DNA of 64,000 bases from Eledone cirrhosa (GCA_964016885.1 OZ024751.1:10540001-10604000), one strand, 5' to 3'. Positions 11,660 to 25,649 are shown, counted from the first letter of the stretch. A program made the numbers and translations. Notes: generated from the letters alone by a model not told the origin.

Positions 11660-14600
11660 TGTTGTATTCAAGAGACCAGGTGGAGGGGTGTGTCTGCTAG
11701 ATTCATTGTGGGTATAAAACGATGCTATAAGCTTTTCTGGGTGGGAAATGACAATGGGCTGGGTGGAGTAGGAATCATGGTAGCAGAAAAGTGGGCAGAT
11801 AAGATAATAGACGTAAATAGAGTGAACGACAGAATAATTAAAATAAGACTTGTCCTCAATAGAACTACGGTGACAGTAATATCTGCGTACGCACCCCAAT
11901 CCAGACTGCCCGGCACTATAAAAGACAGATTCTATGAGACACTGATGCTCACTACCTCCCAAATAACCGACAGTGACTATATAATTATTGCAGGCGACCT
12001 AAATGGTCACGTTGGACAACATTGTGACGGCTACGACGAAATCCATGGAGGCTATGGGTTTGGTACTAGAAATGAGGAAGGCTCCAGAATCCTGGAATTC
12101 TGTGACGCAAATAACCTAACTATCTGTAACACTAACTTCAAAAAACGTGACAATCACCTGATCACCTATAGATCGGAGGAACACACAAGCCAGGTAGATT
12201 ATATCCTTACCAGAAGACGTGACAGAGTGTCTGTTGTAAACATTAAATCCCTCCCCCATGAAGAATGCACGTCTTAACATAGACTCATAATTAGCAACCT
12301 CATAGTCAGGACGAGACGTATTCAACAACAGAAGAGGACTATCCTCAGGAGAAAAATATGGAAATTAAAGGACCCCACAGCCAGTCATAAATTTAAAAGC
12401 ATATTACTTGATGCTTTTGATAGTAAGGAAGAGCAATTAGAGTCGTACAATATAGAGGAACAGTGGGAATTCCTGAAAGCAAACCTGCTGATGGCGGCAG
12501 ATGAAGTCTGTGACTGGAGCAGGCCTGTAGGCAGGAGGAGAGTAACATGGTGGTGGAACAGTAAGGTGAAGGGGTCAATTAAGGCCAAAAAGCAGGCTTG
12601 GAAAGTATGGCGGGATGGGGGAAGTAGAGAAGACTATCAAGTGGCCAAGAGGGAAGCTAGGAGAAAAGTGTACTTCGCAAGAAGGGAAGCAGAGGAAAGA
12701 AAGTTCAAGTATGTTCTACAACGCGAGGACCAAAAACGTGAGGTGTTCAGGATTGCTAGGCAATGTGTCAAGGAAAACCGTGATATTGTCGGGGAGAAGT
12801 GTGTACTTAATGATGACGGCGTACTTGCCATCACCGACGCTGATAAGAAGGTAGCTTGGAAGTGTCACTACGAAAGGCTACTAAATGAGGAGAATAAATG
12901 GGAGAAAGACAGTCTCCCCCACATAGACCCAATAGAGGGACCAGCAGTGTTAGTCGAGGGTAGTATAATAAGTAAGGCAATCAAAGATATGAAGACGGGT
13001 AAGGCGGCTGGGCCTTCAGAAATAGTTGCTGAGATGCTGAAGGCATCTGGTACGGTGGGACACACCATGGTCACCCGGATAGTTAACCAAGTCGTACAGA
13101 ATGGGGTTGTTCCGAAGGACTGGCATAGCAGCATCATCGTTAACTGTTATAAGGGAAAAGGAGATGCCCTAGATAGGAGTAACTATAGAGGCATTAAATT
13201 AATCGACCAGGTCATGAAGGTCACGGAAAAAGTAATAGCGCAACTAATCAGAGAGAGAATTGATCTAGATGAAATGCAGTTCAGGTTTGTGTCAGGGAAA
13301 AGTACCATAGACGCTCTTTTCATTGTACGACAACTACAGGAGAAGTACCTAGTTAAAAGTAAACCCCTATACTTAGTTTTTGTCGACTTGGAGAAAGCCT
13401 TCCACAGAGTCCCCCGTTCCCTTATCTGGTGGGCTCTTAGAAAACTAGGTGTTGACGAATGGCTTGTGAAAGCTATACAAGCCATGTATAAAGAAACAGT
13501 CAGCAAGGTTAGAATTAACAACGAATATAGTGAAGAGTTTAGCGTAAAACTTGGTGTCCAGCAGGGCTCTGTTCTTAGCCCCCTACTATTTATTATTGCC
13601 CTTCAGGCTATAACAGAGGAGTTCAAGACCGGCTGCCCATGGGAACTCCTATACGCAGATGACCTAACACTCATAGCTGAATCAATGGCCGAGCTAGAGA
13701 AAAAATTCCAAGCATGGAAGCACGACCTAGAATCAAAAGGCCTTAAAATTAACCTGGCTAAGACTAAAGTTCTAGTTTGTAAGAAAGAAAATAAGGCGGC
13801 GGTCCCTTCCGGGAAGTGGCCATGCTCAGTGTGTAGGAAAGGCATAGGTAGAAACTCCATTTTGTGTCCCAAATGCAAAGTATGGGTGCATAAAAGATGT
13901 AGTGGGATCACAGGTAAGCTAACTAAGAACATAGATTTTACATGTGGCCGGTGCTCTGGTGCAATAAGTAGCAGCAAGTGCCCACAAAATACTAGCTCTT
14001 TCAACTGCACAGAGGGTTCTATAGAAATAGTGGACAGCTTCCGTTACCTGGGTGACAAAATCAGCAGTGGGGGAGGATGCTCTGAAAGTACAGTAGCTAG
14101 AGTCAGAACTGGATGGAAAAAGTTCAGAGAGCTTATACTACTATTAGCTGCTAAAGGGTTCTCCCTAAAAATGAAAGGCAGGTTGTATGATGCCTGCATA
14201 CGAACAGCAATGTTGCATGGCAGTGAGACCTGGGCATTGTGTGCAGAGGATATACGCAGACTAGAGAGGAACGAAGCTTGCATGCTCCGCTGGATGTGTA
14301 ATAGTAATATACGTGAACGGCAAAGCATAAACGAACTAAGGAAAAAATTAGAAATAAGAGGGATCAGATGTTGTTTACTCGAGAGAAGGCTACATTGGTA
14401 TGGTCACGTGATGCGCATGAAAGACGATAGCTGTATAACAAAGTGCAGGGCAATAAAGATAGACGGTAGCCACGGAGTAGGTAGACCCAGAAAAACCTGG
14501 GACGAGCTGATAAATTCCGACCTCACACACTTACACCTCTCCAAGAGAATGTCACTGGACCGAGACCTTTGGCGGTACTCAGTAATAGAGAAGACCCGCC

Positions 14601-15118
14601 TTACCTAAATACAAAGTAAAACCTACTACAGTCAGTAGGCATCTCTAACAAAATACACCCCCGTCCCACCACCCCCACCCCACCCATCCACACCGCCCCT
14701 TTCAATGTAAAGTTATGTTGGTGCCACAACATCCAGGCCGAAACAAATGAGATCGTGTAGGTGTCACGACAAAAAAATCACACAGTCCACGCTGTAATGT
14801 GGCCGTGTAGGTAACATGGTAAAAACCTCCCAGCCCCACACTGTAAATGTAGTTGGTGTTAGGAAGGGCATCCAGCTGTAGAAAACCCGCCAGACAGTCC
14901 ACGCTGTAATGTGGCCGTGTAGTCAACACGGTAAAAACCTCCAAGCCTCACACTGTAAATGTGGTTGGTGTTAGGAAGGGCATCCAGCTGTAGAAAACCC
15001 GCCAGACAGTTCTATGCGAGCAAGACAATCACTCTTGCCTCAAGTGGGAAAACCCCCGTCCAAACCCATGCAAGCGGGGAACACGGACGTTAAACGTTGA
15101 TGATGATGATGATGATGA
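11660..15118 (+). mobile_element. Near full-length RTE-clade LINE (5'-truncated in the APE domain) with repetitive 3' UTR and (TGA)n tail
   Basis: APE motifs (IQETRW, SAYAPQ, GDLNGHVG, SQVDYIL), RT motifs (NYRGIKL, FVDLEKAF, QQGSVLSP, LLYADD, FRYLG), tail tgatgatgatga at 15097-15118. Confidence 0.97.
11663..14608 (+). pseudogene. RTE ORF (APE endonuclease + reverse transcriptase + PHD-like finger) interrupted by one in-frame stop
   Basis: ORFs 11690-12277 and 12491-14608 share a frame. The only interruption is TAA 12275-12277, at the usual Q of the APE 'QHR' motif. Confidence 0.9.
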
Positions 15119-15209
15119 TTAGTTATATAGATTATATAATTTAATACTAATTGTTTATCTAATTATTAATATTAGTTATATAATTTATTATTTGTTACAT
15201 ATGCTTATA

Positions 15210-16945
15210 TCCAGACAAAACTTGACTAGCATAGATAGCTAGGCCTACATCTATCCCAGACTTGGTTAGCATAGATAGCTAGGCCTACTTCTATCCCAGA
15301 CTTGGCTAGCGTAGATAGCTAGGCCTACATTTATCCCAGACTTGGCTAGCATAGATAGCTAGGCCTACATCTATCCCAGACTTGGCTAGTATAGATAGGC
15401 CTACATCTATTCCAGACTTGGCTAGCGTAGATAGCTAGGCCTACATTTATCCCAGACTTGGCTAGCATAGATAGCTAGGCCTATATCTATCCCAGACTTG
15501 GCTAGCGTAGATAGCTAGGCCTACATCTATCCCAGACTTGGCTAGCGTAGATAGCTAGGTCTAGATCTATTCCAGACTTGGCTAGCATAGATATCTAGGC
15601 CTACATCTACCCCAGACTTGGCTAGCATAGATAGCTAGGCCTACATCTATCCCAGACTTGGCTAGTGTAGATAGCTAGGTCTACATCTATCCCAGACTTG
15701 GCTAGCATAGATAGCTAGGCCTACATCTACCCCAGACTTGGCTAGCATAGATAGCTAGGCCTACATCTATCCCAGACTTGGCTAGTGTAGATAGCTAGGT
15801 CTACATCTATCCCAGACTTGGCTAGCATAGATAGCTAGGCCTACATCTATCCCAGACTTGGCTAGCGTAGATAGCTAGGTCTACATTTATCCCAGACTTG
15901 GCTAGCATAGATAGCTAGGTCTACATTTATCCCAGACTTGGCTAGCATAGATAGATAGGCCTACATCTATCCCAGACTTGACTAGCATAGATAGCTAGGT
16001 CTACATTTATCCCAGACTTGGCTAGCATAGATAGCTAGGCCTACATCTATCCCAGACTTGGTTAGCATAGATAGCTAGGTCTACATTTATCCCAGACTTG
16101 GCTAGCATAGATAGCTAGGTCTACATCTATCCCAGACTTGGCTAGCATAGATAGCTAGGCCTACATTTATCCCAGACTTGGCTAGCATAGATAGATAGGA
16201 CTACATTTATCCCAGACTTGGCTAGCATAGATAGATAGGACTACATTTATCCCAGACTTGGCTAGCATAGATAGATAGGACTACATCTATCCCAGACTTG
16301 GTTAGCATAGATAGATAGGACTACATCTATCCCAGACTTGGTTAGCATAGATAGCTAGGTCTACATCTATCCCAGACTTGGCTAGCATAGATAGCTAGGC
16401 CTACATCTATCTCGGACTTGGTTAGCATAGATAGCTAGGCCTACATCTACCCCAGACTTGGCTAGCATAGATAGCTAGGACTATATTTAGCCCAGACTTG
16501 GATAACATAGATAGGCCTACATCTATCCCAGACTTAGCTAGTATAGATAGCTAGGCCTACATCTATCCCAGACTTAGCTAGTATAGATAGATAGGACTAT
16601 ATTTAGCCCAGACTTGGATAACATAGATAGGCCTACATCTATTCCAGACTTGGCTAGCATAGCTAGGCCTACATTTAGCTCAGACTTGACTAGCATAGAT
16701 AGATAGGTCTACATCTATCCCAGACTTGACTAGTATAGATAGCTAGGTCTACATCTATCCCAGACTTGGCTAGTATAGATAGGCCTACATCTATTCCAGA
16801 CTTCGCTAGCATAGATAGCTAGGCCTACATTTAGCTCAGACTTGACTAGCATAGATAGCTAAGTCTACATTTATCCCAGACTTAGCTAGCATAGATAGAT
16901 AGGCCTACATTTAGCCCAGACTTGGATAGCATAGATAGATATGTC
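15210..16945. repeat. 40-bp minisatellite (~43 units)
   Basis: Unit cccagacttggctagcatagatagctaggcctacatctat. Confidence 0.97.
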
Positions 16946-17435
16946 TATTCTTAGCCCCAAAATAACTGAGTGAAATTATCTAATGTATTCTTCTTTTCTT
17001 CAAGATGAAAAGATGTAATTTCAGATAGATTTGGTTGCTATTTCTAGCAGGCAAGAAATCATATAGAGGCTCTCCCATCATGGACTAATATATAGTTTAG
17101 TAGTTTTCCATTGAACTTTATTTAAATAAGAGCCTGTGAATAAATTTTATCAGTATTCAATGCTGACTTGCTTTTTAACAATTTAATAAGTGATCTGCTT
17201 ATATTATCTATGAGAGGAATTTAATATAAATATCAAGTGTCAGATATGAAATCCTGTTGATATATATATCTCACAAGTGAGAATTTGAGACAGAAATGGG
17301 AAATCAGCCAACTGGCAGAATATGAGCCACACATCTACCAGTTGTTAGGCAACTAAACCACAGAGCTTCTGCCATTCTATTGCTTTGAAATCATCATCAT
17401 CATCATCATTTCATTTTACATTTCATTTTACATTT

Positions 17436-17572
17436 CTACAGCTGAGTAAACTGGAGCAATGTGAAATAAAGTGCCTTGCTCAAGGAAACAACACATCACC
17501 CGGTCTGAGAATTGAACTCACAACCTTTCGATTGCAAGGCCAATGCTCTAACCACTAAGCCATGTGCCTCCA
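17436..17572 (-). mobile_element. SINE family 2 copy
   Basis: Nearly identical to 26813-26943. Confidence 0.8.
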
Positions 17573-17644
17573 TAGATATCATAATGTGTTTCTCCTATTT
17601 TAACTGTACTAAACTTGCCCAAGGTAACAAATACAATTGCTCAA

Positions 17645-17790
17645 AGACAGTTACAATTTGCAGGGCAGTACTGGAGAAGTATGCATGAAGTTATACACAA
17701 GCGGATGTTGTGGGAAACAACTCATGGGAGACGCAATAGAGGAAGAAATACTCAACCTTCATTGATTAACTCTCAGACAATATAAACAAA
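17645..17790 (+). mobile_element. Old LINE 3' fragment, continuing at 20745-20893
   Basis: FAGQYWRSMHEVIHKRMLWETTHGRRNRGR, then TFIGQLSDNSNLSREQLPGAMEN and a (TGA)n tail after the minisatellite. Confidence 0.6.
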
Positions 17791-17796
17791 CCTCAT

Positions 17797-20745
17797 AGTG
17801 CTGGTGCCATGACAAAATGTACCGAGTACACTCTGTAAAGTGGTAGTGCTGGTGCCATGACAAAATGCGCCCAGTACACCCTGTAAAGTAGTAGTGCTGG
17901 TGCCATGACAAAATGTACCGAGTACACTCTGTAAAGTGGTAGTGCTGGTGCCATGACAAAATGCGCCCAGTACACTCTGTAAAGTAGTAGTGCTGGTACC
18001 ATGACAAAATGTACCGAGTACACTCTGTAAAGTAGTAGTGCTGGTGCCATGATAAAATGTACCCAGTACACTCTGTAAAGTAGTAATGCTGGTACCATGA
18101 CAAAATGTACCCAGTACACTCTGTAAACTAGTAGTGCTGGTGCCATGATAAAATACACCCAGTGCACTCTGTAAAGTAGTAGTGCTGGTGTCATGATAAA
18201 ATACACCCAGTACATTCTGTAGAGTATTGCTCCTGGTGCCATGATAAAATACATCCAGACTACTCTGTAAAGTAGTAGTGCTGGTGCCATGACAAAATGC
18301 ACCCAGTACACTCTGTAAAGTAGTAGTGCTGGTGCCATGACAAAATGCACCCAGTACACTCTGTAAAGTAGTAGTGCTGGTGCCATGACAAAATGCACCC
18401 AGTACACTCTGTAAAGTAGTAGTGCTGGTACCATGACAAAATGCACCCAGTACACTCTGTAAAGTAGTAGTGCTGGTACCATGATAAAATGCACCCAGTA
18501 CACTCAGTAAAGTAGTAGTGCTGGTACCATGACAAAATGTATCCAGTACACTCTGTAAAGTAGTAGTGCTGGTGCCATGATAAAATGCACCCAGTACACT
18601 CTGTAAAGTAGTAGTGCTGGTACTATGACAAAATGCACCCTGTACACTCTGTAAAGTAGTAGTGCTGGTACCATGACAAAATGTACCCCGTACACTCTAT
18701 AAAGTAGTAGTGCTGGTACTATGACAAAATGCACCCAGTACCTTCTGTAATGTAGTAGTGCTGGTGCCATGATAAAATGCACCCAGTACACTCTGTAAAG
18801 TAGTAGTGCTGGTGCCATGATAAAATGCACCAGTACACTGCTACAAAGGTAAAGGTGATGCACTAGATAGAGGAAACTATAGAGGTATAAAGCTGATGGA
18901 CCAGGTCATGAAAGTAACAGAAAGAGTTATAGCACAGTTGATTAGGGACCGGGTGAAAATAGACGAGATGCAATTTGGGTTTGTACCAGGAAGAGGCACC
19001 ACTGATGCCCTCTTCCTTGTGAGGCAGTTACAGGAAAAGTTCCTAGCTAAAAGTAAGCCACTCTACTTGGCATTTGTCGACCTTGAGAAAGCCTTTGACA
19101 GAGTTCCACGTGCTGTAATCTGGTGGGCTCTTAGAAAACTAGGAGTAGATGAATGGCTTGTGAAAGCGATACAAGCCATGTATAGGGGAGCAGTCAGCAA
19201 AGTTAGGATTAGCAATGAGTATAGCGAGGAATTTAGCGTACAGGTTGGGGTCCACCAGGGCTCTGTTCTTAGCCCCCTCCTGTTCATCACAGTCCTGCAG
19301 GCAATAACGGAGGAGTTTAAGACCGGATGCCCATGGGAACTCCTGTATGCTGATGACCTCGCACTTATAGCTGAATCTATGGTAGAACTAGAGAATAAAT
19401 TCCAAACTTGGAAGCAGGGACTAGAAAGAAAGGGTCTCAAAGTCAACATGACAAAGACTAAGGTCCTTGTAAGTAGACGAGAAAACAGAACCCAGATCAC
19501 CTCAGGGAAATGGCCTTGCTCAGTATGTAGGAAAGGTGTAGGTAGGAACTCCATTCTCTGCCCCAAATGCAAACAATGGGTACACAAGAGATGTAACGGG
19601 ATCTCAGGAAGCTTAATTAAGAATGTAGGCTTCACATGCAGCAGCTGTGCTGGGACAGCAATCAGCAAACAGCCACAGGAAACAAGTACCACCAATCTCT
19701 GGGAGGGCTCTGTAGAAACAGTAGACAGCTTCTGCTACCTAGGTGACCGAATTAGCAGCGGAGGTGGGTGTTCAGAAAGTACAATAACTAGGGTAAGAAC
19801 GGGATGGAAGAAGTTTAGGGAACTACTACCACTGCTAGCTGCAAAAGGCTTCTCCCTCAGAATGAAAGACAGACTGTATGATGCGTGTATCCGAACAGCG
19901 ATGTTGCATGGTAGTGAGACCTGAGCGCTGAAGGTGGAAGACTTACGTAGATTAGAGAGAAACGAAGCCTGCATGCTCCGATGGATGTGTAACAGTAATA
20001 TACGTGAACGACAAAGCATAAATGAATTGAGAGAGAGACTGAGCATAAGAGGAATCAAATGCTGTGTGCAGGAGAGGCGGTTGCGCTGGTATGGACATGT
20101 GATGTGTATGAAGGATGACAGCTGCATAAAAAGGTGCAGAGCACTAGAAGTCGATGGAAACCGCGGAGTGGGGAGACCCATGATGACCTGGGATGAGGTG
20201 ATAAAAGCCGACCTTACCCAAAGGCAATGACACACGACCGTGACCTCTGGCGTCACACAGTAATGCAGAGTACCCGACCTCCCATGGGTACAAGCTGAAG
20301 CATATAGACAATATTCCCCCACATCCCCCACCGCAAGGTGGTCGTGGAGGTGCCACGGCAAAAAAGCACCCAGCCACACTGTAAAGTGGACGTGTAGGCA
20401 CCACGAAAAAGCACCCAGCACTCACTGTAAATGAGACCAGACACTGCCCACAACAGGACAACCCGTCTAACCCATGTTAGCATGGAAGAACGAACGTAAA
20501 ACGGTGATGATGATGATGATGACACTCTGTAAAGTAGTAGTGCTGGTACCATGACAAAATGTACCCAGTACACTCTGTAAAGTAGTAGTGCTGGTGCCAT
20601 GATAAAATGCACCCAGTATACTCTGTAAAGTAGTAGTGCTGGTGTCATGATAAAATGCACCTAGTACACTCTGTAAAGTAGCAGTGCTGGTACTATGATA
20701 AAATGCACTCAGTACACTCTATAAAGTATTAGTGCTGGTGCCATA
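17797..20745. repeat. 48-bp minisatellite (17797-18838 and 20522-20745) interrupted by an RTE insertion
   Basis: Unit gtagtagtgctggtgccatgacaaaatgcacccagtacactctgtaaa; 16-aa periodic ORFs. Confidence 0.95.
18837..20521 (+). mobile_element. 5'-truncated RTE LINE (RT + PHD-like finger + 3' UTR + (TGA)n tail)
   Basis: ORF 18896-19924 with LLYADD, nonsense codon at ETW, continuation 19934-20230. Confidence 0.95.
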
Positions 20746-22123
20746 GAGGAGGAACTGCTCAACCTTCATTGGTCAACTCTCAGACAATTCAAACCTGAGT
20801 AGGGAGCAGTTGCCAGGAGCAATGGAAAATTGTGAATTGTGTTGAGACTTAGTCAGGAATGTTCGACTGTGGTCACAATGATGATGATGATGATTTGATC
20901 TCCATATGAAATATAATCCACACATCTACCACTTGTTAGGCAACTACGCCACAGAGCTTCTGTCATTCTAAGTCTTCAATCAGCATCATCATCATTATCA
21001 CCAACATCATCATTTAACATCCACTTTCCCTGGTAGCAAGGGTTGGACAGGTCTACATAGACCAAGTCAATAATGAAGCAGAGCTACTGAGCTCCCAGAC
21101 AGGCCGAGAGGTGTGTATGCCGGTCATATTGAATGTAGAGGAGAAGTTGTAGTGTCTTTTGACACAAACTGAAGGGTCTTTCTAACCCCTTGTTTAGCAA
21201 ACTTTCTACAGCTGGATGCCCTTACTAACACCAACCATTTTACACAATGTAGTGGGTACTTTTATTGTGTAGATCACCAGCAATGTAGATCCTTTCTACA
21301 TTTTAACCCTTTAGAATTTAAACCAGCCATCTCTGGCCAGAATTCTCTCACCTCTATCTGTTCAAACTGGCCGCTTATACTGGCGTTAGGATATTGTTCT
21401 CAAAATATATAACATCAAAATCTCATAGATTCGATATTATGTGAGATAAAGTGTTTACTGTGAAAATATAATAGGAATCATAGAGTAATGTAAATGCTGA
21501 AGAGTTAATTGTTTCTCCTATTCTAAATGTAATATTTGGTCTCCAGTGAAAATTGTTAGATATTGTAGTTGTTTAGCCTTAGGTAAGCTCTTTTTGAGCA
21601 GATATATGATCAAAATCATGCCAACCATGACCATGCCATATTTTTTGGGAAAAAGTGGGGGCTTTAGTTCTATATTATCCAATGTGCCCTTCCTTTTTAA
21701 AGACTGAAGTACAGTATGTGATTTGAGAGAGTTTTGGCTGTTATTTCTAGCATTCAGGTAAGTTCCTTACTGTGTAAAAGAGCCTTTCATTGGCTCAATG
21801 AACAAAGAATTGTTGTTGCTGTTGTTGTTATAGTTTAGCCTCAGACTGGCTCTGATTGTACAACCCAAAGATCAAAGGTACACCAGCTGTGACTACCTTA
21901 CCATTCAGGATCATTATCCATCATCAGTGACATTTACTAAAGCTTATATGCTTTGTTGCATATGAAACATTGGCTGGAGATGATCATATATATCTACATA
22001 CTTCTATTATGTGTTAGTGTTACTGCTAACTAATGTAAATATACATATATATATATATATATATTATTGAGTAAAGGTGGCCAGAGTTGCCAGCCTGGGT
22101 GACCGCCTATATATATATGAGGA

Positions 22124-22335
22124 CAGTGGATTGGCAGTATCGGTAGAGAGTCGGACGCCATGCTTTGCAGCAAAGAGTTACGGCCCTTTATGATCTGATT
22201 TCAAATCCCGCCAAGGTTAACTTTTGCCTTTCACCCTCACGGGGTCGATAAAATAAAGTACCAGTCACGCACTGGGGTCGATTTAATCTACTTTCCCCTC
22301 CCCCAAATCACTGGCCTTGTGCCTATATAAGAAAC
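22124..22335 (+). mobile_element. Full-length SINE family 1 copy
   Basis: A box tggcagtatcggtag, B box-like ttcaaatcccgcc, core gcctttcaccctcacggggtcgataaaataaagtaccag. Confidence 0.85.
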
Positions 22336-22589
22336 CTATATATATATATATATATATAGTAAAAGAATGAAGAATAACATGGTCGGCTGTACAATAGAGT
22401 TTATTTACAGTATTAAATTGTTTCTTTAATCAGGTGAGTCTAAAAGCCGCTGATCGTTAGAAGTTAGATCACTCAACTTTATTTACAGTTCATACCTGAT
22501 CAAATCGTCAGAATACTGATGCGTATATAACACAGGGCACTGGTATTTATAGATACATCGGAGAATAACATAAATGAAAACAATAATAA

Positions 22590-22915
22590 TAATTGTTTCT
22601 ACTTTAGGCACAAGGCCAGCAATTGTCCCAGGGTATAACTGGTGCTTTATTTTATCGACCCCGTAAGGATGAAAGGCAAATTTAACCTCGGCGGGATTTG
22701 AACTCAGTCCGTAAAGGGACGTAACTCTATGTTGCAAAGCATGGCGTCCGACCCTCTACCGATACTGCCAATCCACCGCCCTATACAATAATAATAATTG
22801 TTTCTACTTTAGGCACAAGGCCAGCAATTACCCAGTGCATTACTGGTACTTTATTTTATCGACCCCGTAAGGATGAAAGGCAAAGTCAACCTCGGCGGGA
22901 TTTGAACTCAGATCC
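22590..22915 (-). mobile_element. Two SINE family 1 copies
   Basis: Same core, reverse orientation, (AAT)n tails. Confidence 0.85.
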
Positions 22916-23496
22916 TATACAATAATAATAATGGTTTCTGATAATAATAGTAGTGGTAGTAGTCATAGTTGTAATGGTGAGTAGATAGATGTGTAAAATA
23001 TATATACAGTATATATTATTTATTTCTTCAAAGTATTGTGTTGTTTACTTTGTTATTTCTGTTTACCTTTTACACAAACACATACACACACACATATACA
23101 TATATATGTATATAGTATTACTATATAAGGGAACAAAGAATCAGTGTTGCATCATATACATATTTAATTACATATTCCATATGTTTCACTGTCGATCAGC
23201 TCAAGGAACGATCTATTAATGATCGAACCTGATTCTGGAATCTGAAGCTCCTCAGATAAGTTTCAACATGTTGACTCACGCCTGAGAGTGGTTGAATATT
23301 ATATATATAAAGAGAGATGTGTTAATGTGTGGAGATGCTATAAAATAGCTTATAAAATAGGGTGAAAACCCTTAAAGATGCAAAAAGAAGTTGCCATCGG
23401 CTGCTTATATATATATATATATATAAACAAGAAGTGTAAGTCAACAGGTTAAGATTAACTTCGTTTATTCATATTTTGTTGTAATATATATTTCAG

Positions 23497-23610
23497 TGAT
23501 AACCATTATTCAACAGCTATGACCTCATCAGACCAGCTAGAACTTGAACAGAAAAAAACAGTGAAACATAATGGTGGAACTGAGTTTCCTTTGATATGCC
23601 CTGTCCCCAA
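23497..23610 (+). CDS. Probable internal exon, phase 2/2 (DNHYSTAMTSSDQLELEQKKTVKHNGGTEFPLICPVP)
   Basis: tttcag| acceptor, |gtatgg donor, 114 nt without a stop, phase-compatible with the exon at 29322. Confidence 0.6.
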
Positions 23611-23669
23611 GTATGGTGTTGTTCTCTCAAAGAACATATATATATATATACATATATGTATATGTATAT

Positions 23670-25534
23670 CATCATCATCATCATCATTTTACGTCTGCTT
23701 TTCCCTGCTTGCAAGGGTTGGACGGGTCCTATTCAGCACAGCGTCTCTCCACCTGTCACGGTCCTTCGTCATCTCCACCCATGTTTTTGTGGTATACCTC
23801 TACTGCATCTTCCTTCTACTGGGATTTCTTGGCACTTCTTTACCCAGTGGTCATCCTCCATGCGCATCACATGTCCATACCATCTCAGTCTTCTCTCCTG
23901 CAAACCACAACTTATCCCTCTTATACCCAGTTTCTTTCTCAACTCGTCTATGCTTGGTCATTCACGCACATTGACATTGCAAATCCAACAGAACATGCTT
24001 GCTTCATTTCTCTCCAGCCATCGCATATCCTCTGCAGTTGCTGCCCATGTCTCACTACCATGCAGCATCGCGCATCTCACACAGGCATCATATAACCGTC
24101 CTTTCGTACGCAGGGAGAAGCCCTTCTTTGTCAACAGAAGAAGCAGCTCCCTAAACTTCTTCCAACCCGTCCTTATTCTAGATACTATGGCCTCGGAACA
24201 CCCCCCTCTCCCATGCTAATCTGATCACCAAGGTACCGGAAGCTATCAACCACTTCTATAGAACCCACATGCATTGGAAAAATGTGTCTATCACTGCGAT
24301 TATTACTGCCATCTTTCCCTGTACATCTACTGCATACGTAGTTTTCCCTACCTGTTAGTTTGCCTGCTATCCCACTACATCTCTTGTGTACCAAGATCTG
24401 CATTGCATACATTTTATGGCATTTATGCCAGTTCCTTTCCCACATATCGAACATGGCCATTTCCCTGATGGAATCAGAGTATTGTCCTCTCTTATACTTA
24501 TCAACACTTTTGTCTTAGCTATGTTCACTCTCAGTTCTCTTGATTCCAACTGCTGTTTCCATAGCCAGAATTTATTCACTAGCTCCTCTACTGATTCTGC
24601 TATAAGAACCAGATCATCAGCATAGAGAAGTTCCCATGGACATCCAGTCTTAAACTCCTCTGTTATGGATTGGAGGACTATAACGAACAAGAGCAGGCTG
24701 AGGACCGAACCCTGATGTACACCTACTTGTATCTGGAATTCCTCCCTAAACCCCATTCCTACTCTCACTTTACTGACAGCACCCCTGTACATAGCTTTCA
24801 CTGTCCTCACAAGCCATTCCTCAACACCTATTTTCCTTAGGGACCACCAGATGACAGATCGGGGTACCCTATAAAAAGGTCTCCTCTAGGTCAACAAAAG
24901 CTAAGTATAGTGGCTTATTCTTCTCTAAAAACCTCTCTTGTAGTTGTCTCATTAAGAAGAGGGCATCTGTTGTACTTTTCCCAGGCACAAAACCAAACTG
25001 CATCTCATCTAGTTTGACCCTTTCTCTAATTAGTTGCGCTAATATCCTTTCTGCCACTTTCATAACCTGATCCATCAGCTTTATGCCCCTATAATTGCTC
25101 CTCTCCAGAGCACCCCCTTTATCTTTGTAGCAATTTATGAGAATACTGCTGCACCAGTCTTTGGGTATGACACCACCATATATAGCTTGATTAATGATGC
25201 TTACAACCAGTTTAGTGCCTACTTCTCCTGATGCCTTCAGCATCTCAGCAACTATCCCTGACGGTCCAGCAGCCTTACCATTCTTCATTTCCTTAATTGC
25301 CTCTTGTACCCTATATTCGTCAATCTCAATAGCTGGTCCCTCTGTCGGGTCTACTGGAGGTAATTTCTCTCTCTCCCATTCGTTCTCCACATTCATCAGT
25401 CTCTCATAACAACATTTCCAGGCCCGCTTTTTTTTAATCATTCGTGACACTAAGTACACCAGCATCATTCCGGACACACTTATCTCCAACAACATCCTGA
25501 TTTGCACTGACACACTGCCTTGCAATACGGAACA

Positions 25535-25538
<4 letters not shown>
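23670..25538 (-). mobile_element. Decayed RTE LINE fragment
   Basis: - strand ORFs with NYRGIKL, GVHQGSVLS, LLYADD, FRYLG; frameshifted; (CAT)n tail at about 23668. Confidence 0.95.
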
Positions 25539-25607
<69 letters not shown>

Positions 25608-25649
25608 ACATACACACATATATACTGTATATATATATATATAATATAT

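Noticed and set aside
17759-18863. Periodic ORFs (MAPALLLYRVYWVHFV repeats)
   Set aside because: Translation of a 48-bp minisatellite
15210-20745. CRISPR-like appearance of the 40-bp and 48-bp arrays
   Set aside because: No unique spacers, no cas genes, eukaryotic context
22124-22215. tRNA-like A/B boxes
   Set aside because: SINE heads; no complete cloverleaf
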